Source of the DNA: Octopus bimaculoides
Taxonomy: Eukaryota
Length of the DNA stretch: 64,000 nt
Reading direction: 5' to 3'
Assembly (NCBI RefSeq): GCF_001194135.2
Contig: NC_068986.1
Coordinates: 20,268,192-20,332,191 of the forward strand
The position numbers and the translations under genes were made by a program. Position 1 is the stretch's first letter. Each line of letters opens with the position of its first letter. This document shows positions 12,306 through 23,350 of this stretch, in pieces. The notes below the pieces were generated by a model that saw only the letters and a list, made by a program, of their open reading frames with translations, ran no database searches and was not told the origin of the DNA.

Positions 12306-14419
12306 CAAAATGATAAGGAGATTTGTGTTGAGATAAGAATGCTGGTGAAAGTGATCTGTCACTTATATTATTGTCTATAAGCAATGGTAGCTGGACACAC
12401 AGATCAAATGGAGACCATACCAAATTCTGTGGTGATGAATTTGAACTTTGTAGTCTAGAGTCACCCTGAAGAATTTGCAGTGTGGTTTCCTTAAACAAAC
12501 CTAGTTAAAAAATGCAAGTTTGTTTTTGAAATCCTCAGAAATTACTTTGTATTTACTCATTCATTTTTCACTGAGTTTCATCTAATTTGCCAAAAAACAC
12601 ATTTTAATTTGCTCTGCAATATTGCCAAAATGTCAGCATTATTTTTGCGTATTTTATGTGATAATAAAGAGCAATGCTACCAAATGTGTGCCAAATCTTA
12701 GCTTGTGATTCATAACTATTAGTAGAAAAATATGTCAAAAGTAGTATAAAAGGGAAAGGTCTATGCCAACCTTTAATTTCCAGCACATTTTGTAATATAA
12801 ATCTTAAAGACTTCTTTGTCAGTATTTAGCATTTTAGTAAACTTTTTTTTGTTTTAAGGAGAAACTTGTTTCTATGCAATGACCTATTAAGTGATTATTT
12901 ACAGACTATTGTTTTATGGAAGTTATAAAACCTATTTATTATTATTAATCAGCTAATAGTTTGTCTAGTGTCTCATATAAGCTAATGAGTCTGCAATTAA
13001 GTCAAGATAAACGTAATTAGAGTGCAGATAGTTGAATGGATAGGATAGTGGACGACCCACAAAGCAAAGAGTCACTTTGCTGCTAGCAATATAATAAGAC
13101 TCTTACTAAACAGTGGGCAGCACCATAAAATTGTCAGCTCTAGGCCAGAGTTTACCAATCGTCTTGGATCACTTTACCTTCAAATTTGGGTTCTTACATT
13201 CTGTTTGATGATTATAGTGTGTGGTGGGTCATTCTGTGTTGAACTCATCATACATAGGTTTACTGGAAGAACGGCCAGCAGGATATAGAAGGCATCTTTA
13301 TCATTTTTCTCATATATCTCTTGCATGTTTGCAGGGTTTCTGTGAGTCTTTCAGATTAGTGCTGACACTAGATCGAGTACAATGCTACAGAGAAATACTG
13401 CATATAACTGTATATTTGTAATACAAATAGTGTGGCTAAATGTTTTTTTCTTATTAATGTCAAAGAAGCTTTCAGATGAGATTGGGTATTTGCTTTTTAG
13501 AATTATACGTGGAACAATTAAAGTGGCAATATAGATTTTTGGCATAAGGTTGGAAATATTGCAGGGTGGTGCAGTTGATTTGATCAATTCAGGTATTTGA
13601 AAAATACTTATTTTATTGACCTTTGAAGGATGAAAGGTAATGTCAACTTAAGCAGTATTTGAACTCAGAGCATGATGAAGTGGGTTTAGTAGATTTGTGG
13701 GTGGATTTAGCAGAAGGAAACTGAAACAAGCCTATCAAATATTTATATTGTGGCACCTTGCCTGTGCTTGTGCCATGCAAAAAGCTCTAAGCCCACTCTG
13801 CTGAGTGGTTGGTGTTAGGAAGGGCATCCAGCTGTAAAAGATCCTGCCAAAACAGTCACAGAAGTTTGGTGCAGGCTCCTGTGGTACCTTCCTACCCATG
13901 CTAGCGTGGAAGATGGACATTAAATGATGATAGTGTGTGTGTGAATAAATGAGCATCATGTCATACTAGCAGTGTTCTTGGTTTCTATGAAACATGTTTG
14001 GCCATAGAGAAATATCACCTTACTTGCAAACAGGTGAGGGATGGTGACAAGAAGGGCATTTATATGGCTGTAGAAAATCTACATCAACAAACACTCTCTG
14101 ACTGAATGTGGAAAGGTGAGTGTTAAAGTGATGATGATGATTTCTAAGCTCAGGCAGTAGAGTAGAATCCAGGTTAAAAACTTGTTAATTGCTTAAGCTT
14201 TTATTTTTGCTGACCTGTATTTACATGGGCTAATAAACTTCTGTTGAGGATTCCACATGAATTACTATGCTTTAAAGACTAGTTTCTAAATTGATTAATA
14301 TCTTCTTAAACATTTACATAGTTTAAATTACTCTGCTACAGTAGTAACAATAAGATTTACTATCATACCTATGGCTTTTGTACATTTTTGTCATTTAATC
14401 AACCACTCTTATAATTATT

Positions 14420-15250
14420 ATCTAGAGCAGAAGAAAAAAAGAAGTTTCACACCTGATCTCAGGCAGACAGCCAAACTTATAAACAAACTATTTTTATTGA
14501 TATTTTTCCTTTTATCTTTTGCACCTGAAAACATTTCAGATGGAGCAACTTTTTTCAGACGGCTTACCAAAAAGTGTGCATTTAACAGACAGAAAAGGTT
14601 TACTGATAAAAACTGCCATAAACACTTACATAAACCACAAGAAAACTGGAAGATACACCCCAAGCTAGTCATCAGCTGTTTCTCCTCCCACAATTTCAAC
14701 CTTACATTCTTCTGGTCTTTTGCCAACTTTATGGAAATCTTCCTACCCTCAGCTCACTTATTCCAATGTTTCCGTCTGCAGCAGTCCTATAGCTGCAAAA
14801 TGTAATGCATTTTCCTCCAACTTCATCATTCACTTATGCAACAAATCTCCAACACCTATCACTGTCTTACTATCAATAAGTGCAGCGAATCTTCCGCTCT
14901 GACATTGTAAAGTGGCTGGTATTTATGGCATTCCAGATATCATGAATAAGCACTAAGAATCTTAGTTGCTTGTCAACAAATTCAACACTCTCTTTCTCTC
15001 TCTTAATATCCAGTTCAATCACCAACCAAATTCCATAGCTGTACACACATTTACCTAATAAATACAAAAGATGATGACTTTCTGCTATGCTTTCAATCTC
15101 TATCCACTGTCGCCGTTTGCTACAGTAGGTTCTATAAAAATCGGACACCCTGTTTTCCTGTATTATGCACCAGTGGTACCTTTCACCAGAAAGCAAAGTT
15201 GCCAAGGCAGCAATGAAGCTATTGGTGTATCTACCAATTAAAGTCTCAGG
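14420..15250 (-). mobile_element. Probable decayed L1/Tx1-like LINE 3' end
   Basis: ORF 14873-15205 has AESHHLL...GIWLVIE...LVLIHDIWNAIN, resembling the zf-RVT and IW..RN motifs. It is followed by RFP*SWQKTRRM and a T/G-rich tail with AATAAA. Confidence 0.4.
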
Positions 15251-15905
15251 AATTGACTAATTTTTTTGGATGTTTTCACATGTTTCTTATAAATTTCCTA
15301 TCATTTTATTATTGCCTTACTCCTCTCCAACAATTATCTCCCTTCTGTTACTTTAGACCATGTGTATTTATCTGCTAATTTTACATATGGTACTGAATTA
15401 CTAACACCTCACCTCTTCAGGATCAAATAACTACTAAATGCTTCAGTTACTATGCACACTCCTTGGGTAATTGACTCTATAGTGATCTACACGCTGCAAC
15501 ATTAACATGGCTAAAGTTACAGTAATAATATTGATAAAATAATAGAGAAATTATTGATCCTTTACCAGGCCCAACAGGTATATCATCATCTAGAATGGTG
15601 CATCACATTTACTCTGTAATAAAAGACATAGGCAAGAGAGACAAGCATACAATCACAAATATTTGTTGGTCTCTGTTCAAATTGCATTTTCTTGACTGTA
15701 TTTTTTTGTCATTATTACAATGAGTTCAAATTCCACCAAGGTCAACTTTGCATTTCATCCTTTCGGGGTCGATAAAGTACCAGTTGCTTACTGGAGTCAA
15801 TCTAATCGACTGGCTCCCTCCCCCAAAATTTCAGGCCTTGTACCTAGAATAGAAAAGATTTATTACAATGACTATTTCTTTCTCCTTTGCATCACCCCAC
15901 AACAT

Positions 15906-16137
15906 TCCCTAACTCTTTTAATTCCAGCCCATCTGAAACCACTCCTGGTTTTATGAAACAAACTCTCCATTTTAAAGTGATCTCAATTAAAACCCTCCAT
16001 AAATGTTTCATGTCAGTTTATATTACATACACTTGGTTAAAAATGACAAGATCATTTTGCTATATTCTTCATTATTCTCAAAATCATTTGAAACAAAGGC
16101 ATATATTTCAACAGAAATCTGGTAGCAAAAGGGTTTA
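15906..16137. mobile_element. piggyBac-like MITE (second family)
   Basis: Ends AAAAGGGTTTA. Internal sequence resembles 19161-19377 and, in reverse, 16845-17047 and 10390-10550. Confidence 0.5.
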
Positions 16138-16844
16138 TTCCTTACTTATTTCCAAGTAATAATGTACACTTCTTTTTCTGTCATTACAAAGGACGTATTA
16201 TCTATTAGGTCTTGCATACTAAGCATCTGATTTTACCCACCATTGTTGCTGTTAGTGCTAAAATATTAACTAAACATATTGTACTAGACTCACTCAATTG
16301 TACCTCTTAAGTTTTAGAAGTGTCTACTTAATATAAAACAATAACACTAGTTTCCATAGGTTTTTTTTTTTTAGTTGTTGTTTTTCAAAATGACATAAGT
16401 CCTTGGATAATTCTGTAAAGCTTGTCACTTAAAATCCTGTCTACCTTCATAAATGGGTTTCTTTGTATTAATATGTGATAGACAAAGCGACTTTCACAAT
16501 TAACAAGGATGTTAAATTTCAATTATTGTATTTTTATACTAATTCAACTAAGTAACGGGAAGATAAAGTGATATCTTCTGGAGCAATTAGTGCATTTTTA
16601 AAATTAAAATATATATATTTTTTTCATTTTCTGACTAGAACACCAGATACAATCTTGGTTGTCTACATAAAATAGTTTAACAGTTTTGTTTCTACATTTC
16701 TTTTTATCTTCCATTTTTGCTTGGTTTAGTCATTGGGATTGCAGCCATACTGAGGTATTGGTTTGAAGAGCTTTAGTCAAACAAACTGGTCCCAGTATCT
16801 GTTTATTCGTTTGATACTTATTCTGCCACACCATTTTTTGCCAA

Positions 16845-17047
16845 ACCCCTAAGTTTCTACTGAAATATGCTACCTTGGTTTCACTTAATTTTGAAAATAA
16901 GTATTTGATAAAATAACTTTGCTGTTGTTAAACTGGTGTTTTGAATATAAATTAATGTGAAAGGTTTTTAGATCCCTTTAAAACAGGAAGCTTGCATCAC
17001 AAACCCAAGGGAGGGCAGCCTCAGACAAGTTAGTATTAAAGGGTTAA
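16845..17047. mobile_element. piggyBac-like MITE, opposite orientation to 15906-16137
   Basis: Ends AAAGGG|TTAA (17038-17047). Internal similarity to 10390-10550. Confidence 0.5.
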
Positions 17048-17507
17048 TAGTGTAGCAGAGTTTTAAGTTTTTCTGAGATATTTACTCTCATACCTGCTTA
17101 ATGTAGTCACTATAGCTCTCTGTAAGTGAATTTTGTTTTGTGTCGCAAAATGTTATTTTCCCCATTGTTTCATACTAAACTGTTTTGTCTTATTAGATAA
17201 AGAAAAATAACCGACACAGATTTGTCCTGTTTTGTCTGTTGCTTTTTTTTTTCTGGTTTTTATTTTATTTATTTGATTACCTTGTAAACATTACAAGCAC
17301 AAAAGCAAGATATAGATTTTTTTTTTTTTTTTTTGGCAGTGTATTTATGTGAATGCATTATGAACATGTAGGAAATGAAATGAACGTAAACATACATGTT
17401 ATTGCTTGTGTACTTACAAAATTTCTCACACAGGAAATTTCAGTCAATTAATAACACAATTTGTTTCTTGTATATTGAATTAAGTAGGTTATAGAACATG
17501 ATAGCTT

Positions 17508-17553
<46 letters not shown>

Positions 17554-18029
17554 ATGATATATACATACAGACATACATACACACACGTGTGTGTGTGTGT
17601 GTGTGTGAATATATGTATATGTAGAAGTGTTTTGGAGGGAGTAAAAGAGGAGGGAGGGATTGCTTTGGATACTCATTAGATAAACAAGAATTAGATTCTT
17701 TTACCTCATATCAGTTTCAGTAATAGATATTTCCTTAATTTTGTTGATAAACTGATATAATCCTCCCCCTTCTCATGATGATCATCATCATCATCATTTT
17801 AATGTCCACTTATCCATGCTTTCATGGGTTAGATGGAATTCTGTTGGGATGCCCTTCCTGTTATCAACCTTCGCCTGTTTCCAAGTAAGGTGCAATTTTT
17901 CCATGGCTAGACATGTTTTCACCGAAGACAGGAAACAAAGAACACCACTTGTAAGGTGGTGACTCTTGTTTACTGCACAATGCCAAGATAAGAACCCCCC
18001 CCCCATGCACACAAACACACACACAATTG

Positions 18030-18335
18030 GCTTCTTTCAGATTCCATCAACCAGGTTTACTCCCAAGGCTTCAGTCAGCCCAAGGCCAATGTACCACACA
18101 GTGGAACTGAACTTGGAACCATGTGGTTGGGAATCAAATCTCTTAACCAGGGCTGTGGAGTCGGAGTTGGAAACAATTAAGGGATAGCTGGAGTCAGAGT
18201 CGGTAAAACTGTACCGACTCTGACTCACATTATCTTTATTCTTTAATATAAACCAGTTATAACATAAAGGCCTACTCAGTCAGAGTCAAGATTTTCGTTT
18301 CAACTCCACAGCCCTGCTCTTAACCACACAATCAT
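18030..18335 (-). mobile_element. SINE family A head split by the hAT MITE
   Basis: The reverse-complement head is continuous once 18148-18324 is removed. Confidence 0.75.
18148..18316. mobile_element. hAT-type MITE (169 bp) with perfect 8-bp TSD, inserted in a SINE
   Basis: TIRs CAGGGCTGTGGAGTcG / CaACTCCACAGCCCTG. TSD CTCTTAAC at 18140-18147 and 18317-18324. Internal GAGTC motifs. Confidence 0.9.
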
Positions 18336-19160
18336 GATATATTTAAGTGAAATGGTGTTAAACTGAAAGATCTTTTTTTTTTTTTTTTTTTTTTTTATGT
18401 TGCTTAACTCCTTTGAATTCTGCAGGTGTTTGTAAACCTTGCATACCACAAGTCTTGCAATATGTAAATATCTTATTATAAATGAACCCAAAATACATTA
18501 GTGATCTTTCAGTTTCTCTAGTGATCTGTGCGCTTTCAAATACGATTTCCTTTCAATTCTTTTGGACATTTTCTGTGAGATTTCATTAACTGGCATAGGT
18601 AACCTATTGGTATTATTTGAAACTCTATACTTGCACAATATTCAATTTAGATAGTTTCTATATTTAGAGAATGGAGTCTTTTAAAAAGAAACCATTAAAT
18701 GTATCAAAAGACAAATTCTGACTTGAGTATTTTCTCTATAAAATGTTTCCCAAAGTTTGTGACATCCTTTGTTAAAGAACTATACACCCCCCACAAACAC
18801 ACACACCCTCTCAGTAAATTTAGTTTTTCATTTATTTATATTAGGGGTTTATTTATAGTTTGGCTGTGTGGTAAGAAGATGGCTTCATTAGCACATAGTT
18901 TCAGGTTCAGTCCTACTACAGTACACTTTGGGCAAGTGTCTTGTACTATAGCCCTAGGCCGACCAAAGCCTTGTGAGTAGATTTGGTAGATGGAAACTGT
19001 GTAACAGCCCCCTTCTTCTGTGTGTGTGTGTTGCTGTCTCCTTGCCTTAACATTGCATAATAGTTATAAGTGTCACTGTCAGGCAAATAGTGTCCCTCAT
19101 TTCCAATCTTCCGTGAAAACATGTCTACCTCCTTGTTACTGGTATTAAAATTTTTTATAA

Positions 19161-19377
19161 GCTTAGCCCTTTTAATACCAACTAACCTGAGACTGCCCCT
19201 GGTTCTATGATGCAAACCCCTTGTTTTAAAGGGCTTCCTTCTAAATTCCATGTCAGTTAATGTGGCAGTTGCCAACTTTATAATGACCAAATTATTTTAC
19301 TAAATTTTTCCATTGTTTTCAAAATTAATTGAAATAAAGGTAATACATTTAAACAGAAATTTGGTAAAAGGCTCAAG
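19161..19377. mobile_element. piggyBac-like MITE, decayed
   Basis: Starts TTAGCCCTTTTAATACCA and ends ACAGAAATTTGGTAAAAGG. Same family as 15906-16137. Confidence 0.45.
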
Positions 19378-19427
19378 TGATTTGGAACAATTTCTACATG
19401 CAAACTTTGTTTTCTAGTTCTATTTTT

Positions 19428-19519
19428 TTATTACCTTCACCTTAAAAAAATCACCTTCGGTTAATTGTTGAGAGGACATTGGTGTTGCATTGGTGAAGGT
19501 TTGCGCTCTCTAAGTGCTC

Positions 19520-19572
<53 letters not shown>

Positions 19573-19872
19573 TCCACCTTAGCAAAGGCAGAGGTGTTGT
19601 TTTCAGTCATGTTTGTTTGTTTGTTTGTTTGTCCATGGACAAAATATCTCAAGAACTGCTGGATGAGTTCGAATGAAACTTTTAAGAATGTTTGGCCTCA
19701 TGACTGGCACGAACTAATTAGATTTTGGGATAGATCCGGTACCAGACAAGGATTCTGAATTATTTTTCATATTTTCTTTACATATATATGTAAAGTTTCA
19801 TACAGTTCTCTTGTGCACATACACACATACACACACATTTTCAGCATTGAACATAACCATTCCATTTCCATT

Positions 19873-19914
<42 letters not shown>

Positions 19915-20914
19915 CTTTTACACGCACACATACTCACACTTCAAACGCCGTTTATCAACTTTTTCACTCCTTCCTTCGTTATTCATCTATCACCCCTTCG
20001 TTTCTCATTCATACAACACTCTCTTTGCCATTTATCTCCTCTACCTACACCTCTCACTTAGGCTCTATTATATATATATATATATAAGCACCCACTACAC
20101 TCTCGGAGTGGTTGGCGTTAGGAAGGGCATCCAGCTGTAGAAACTCTGCCAAATCAGATTGGAGCCTGGTGTAGCCATCTGGTTCACCAGTCCTCAGTCA
20201 AATCGTCCAACCCATGCTAGCATGGAAAGCGGACGTTAAACGATGATGATATATATATACACACACGAATATATAAAAGACAATGCACATTATTATATTA
20301 GATTATATATACATTTTAACACTTTACATTATACTTACATATATACATAATTTTATACATTGATCTAAAACAACAGGATTACTAAAGGAAGACCGGAAGA
20401 GAAAACCAAAACCTCTCATGATATTCATTGAAAGATTTTATTTCAGATATTCTCATTTTAAAAATCATCTCCGGTTTATCATTGAGAGGATGTTGGTGTT
20501 ATAGTGGCAGAGGTTTGCACTCTCTAAGTGCTCTTGTTATTATTATTACCTCTGCCTTCGCTAAGGCGGAGGTATTGTTTTCAGTTGTGTTTGTTTGTTT
20601 GTTTGTCTATGGACAAGATATCTCAAGAACTGTTGGATAGATTCGGATGAAACTTTCAAGGATATTTAACCACGTGACTGGCACAAACTGATTAGATTTT
20701 GGGCTCGATCCGGTACCAAACAAGGATTCACGATTATTTTTCCTGTTTTTTCACTTAATCTTTGAGAGCACTCAAGCTCATTTTTAGTATTCTCGTTTGT
20801 GAGAGCATTCGAGTTTATTTCAGATATTCTCATTTTAAAAATTGTCTCTGGTTAATCGTTGAGAGGACATTGGTGTTGCCTTGGCAGAGGTTTGCGCTTT
20901 CTGAGTGCTCTTGT
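19428..20914 (+). mobile_element. Head-to-tail array of three Helentron/DINE-1-like non-autonomous elements
   Basis: 5' TTATTACCTcc/ACCTCTGCC starts at ~19428, 19565 and 20542. (GTTT)n microsatellite in units 2 and 3. Three 3' ends GGcaGAGGTTTGCgCTcTCTrAGTGCTCTT at ~19521, 20537 and 20914. Units are separated by (ATT)n. Confidence 0.7.
20085..20250 (+). mobile_element. Retroposon family C 3' part, young, inside Helentron unit 2
   Basis: AGCACCCACTACACTCTCGGAGTGGTTGGCGTTAGGAAGGGCATCC...CGGACGTTAAACGATGATGAT. Confidence 0.8.
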
Positions 20915-20925
20915 TATCATCATCA

Positions 20926-20956
<31 letters not shown>

Positions 20957-20959
20957 CAT

Positions 20960-21240
20960 GGCAGCAAGATGACAGAATTATTAGCACATTGGACAAAATG
21001 CTTAGCTGCTTTACATTTTAAGTTCTGAGTTCAAATTCTGCTGAGGTCAACTTTGCTTTTCATCCTTTCCGGATCAATGAAATAAGTACCAATTATTCAC
21101 TGGGGTTGATGTAATAGACTAACCCCCTCCCCACAAATTTTATTATCATAAGTACCAGTTATGCACTAGGGTCAATGTAATCGACTTAATCCCTTCCCCC
21201 AAATTTGAGGCCTTATGCTTCCAGTAGAAAGGATTATTAT
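20960..21240 (+). mobile_element. SINE family B with tandem partial second copy
   Basis: GAGTTCAAATTCTGCTGAGGTCAACTTTGC. The AAGTACCA...GGGTyrATGTAAT module occurs twice. Confidence 0.7.
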
Positions 21241-22919
21241 CATCACATCACTTTCGGAAAACATTGTAGGAAGCTTCTACTTCTCTCTGTTTTAGAGACA
21301 CTGCTTTCATGAAAGATTAAATCTACTTTTTGCAATGTGTTTCTTGATATTAGTGAAGGCTTCTTTCTTCATATCACAAATAGTTTTCCAAAATGCCAGA
21401 TATTTTATTGTGAAATGGAAAGTAGAGTGATGTTATGTAACATATGACATAATTGCCTCTGGCAGACCCTGTAAGAACCCCTGTCCACCTGGTCACATAC
21501 TTCCTTTTTAACTGTTGGGGATGGGGGTATCTTTAGAATTTGTCATCAACATTTTTCTGTCTTTACAAATCAAGAAAATTGCTGCCAAATATCTAAACCG
21601 AAATGGAAGTAAATTAACAAGTGACTTCTTTATACTTCCAGCCAAAATTATGTTTTCAGTAGATATTTGGCTTAACAGTAAGCTTTATAAATACCTTGTA
21701 AACACCTTTTGTGCTCTTCATTTTTTAAAAATCTTTGGATATCTGTTTTTCATCACAAAAGACAACAAACCTATCAGTCATTTTAGAGATTGATCCAATC
21801 ATTACCTTTTTAAAAGGTATTGAAAATAATGCTAATATATTCCAGTCTCCTTCCTTACACAACTTCTTTTTTTAAATATATTTCGTCTCAGTTGATAAAA
21901 ATATGTACTATTTTCTAGTTAGTATCTTCTCAGTTTTTTAATTCATCTATGAGCTGGTAAAAATGAGTTGTACCCATAATTCAAAGGTCCAGCCTTGTCA
22001 CATTCTGTGCCACACTGAATCTCCCTGGGAACTACGTTCAGAGTATGCATGTTTGTGGAATGCTCAATCATCTGCAAGTTAGTTTCATGAGCAGGTTGTT
22101 CTGTGGATCAGATTAACTGGAACATTTGTTATCATAACAAATGGAATGCCAGTTATTCTAATCCTTAACTTGCTACTAGGATCTTTTTTATGATCTGTAT
22201 GCTTTTTACTAAACCTTTACTTTGAATCGAACTTGTCATTTCTATTTAAGAACTAGAATCAAATTATTGTAATTACCAACTTTATATTTCCAAAACAACA
22301 GCTGAGTCCGAAAATTGAGCTGTAATCATCAATTATCTGGGAATGGATTCAGCATCTTTGGAAAGGCTTTTAAGAACACTTTTTTTTTTTTTTTTTAGTT
22401 GCTCTTATAAACACTAATAATGTATAAGCTTCCAGGAATTGATAAAATCTTGTACACTTTAGATTTGCTTAATCTGTGTTGGTCACATTATGAAAATGGT
22501 ACTAATCTTCAACAAAAAGTTTTTGTTTCTTGAGGAGGCATTTCCTGGTTCTTCAAACACTTCTGAATCATTTGACTTGCTTTCATTACTACAAAAGTTT
22601 GTTTCGAATTTATGAAGTCCTTACAAACTGGAGTTTAACAAAGAGTATTTAAATAGTTGTATTAGCTCATAGCAAGTAATATTTCTTGAATAAATTACGA
22701 AATTATCATAATTAGTATTTTATGTCTTTCGTTTAGTGTTAGTGACTGCACATTGTTGGTTATTGTTGTTAGATCCAAACTCCTATTGATGTAATTTAAC
22801 CCTCTCAGATTACACTGGAAATATCTTTTTAATTACTAGAATCACATTATTAAAAAATAATTTCCATAGTAAGCTTTGTTTCATTTAAGTTTTAGTATAA
22901 AGGAATATCTAGTACAAGG

Positions 22920-23350
22920 TTCAGATATGGCTGTGCAGTTAAGAAGTTTGCTTCTTGGCTATATAGCTTCAACTTCAGTCCTAATGCATGGCACATGGAG
23001 CAAGTCTTCTACTATAGCTCTGGGTTGACTAGAATGGATTTAGTAGACAGAAACAGAAAGAAGCCTGTTGCGTGTACTGTGTCTCGTTGTCTTGACATCA
23101 CATTATAGTTGTAATCAAGCGTCACCATCATATAAACAGTGTCATTTGTTTCCAGTCATTCATGTAAACATGTCTCAACATGGAAAATTTACTTTATCTG
23201 AGACTTTGAAATAAGTGAGGGTTGGTAACCGGAAGAACATCCAGTTGTTTAAAAGAAAAAAACCAAAAAAACTCTGCCTCTGTGAATTCCATTTAGCCCA
23301 TGCAAGAATGGAAAAGTGGATGTTAAAACAATGATGTTGATGATGATGAC
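22920..23350 (+). mobile_element. SINE family A long variant
   Basis: Head, GGAAGAACATCCAG module and (GAT)n tail. Confidence 0.7.
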
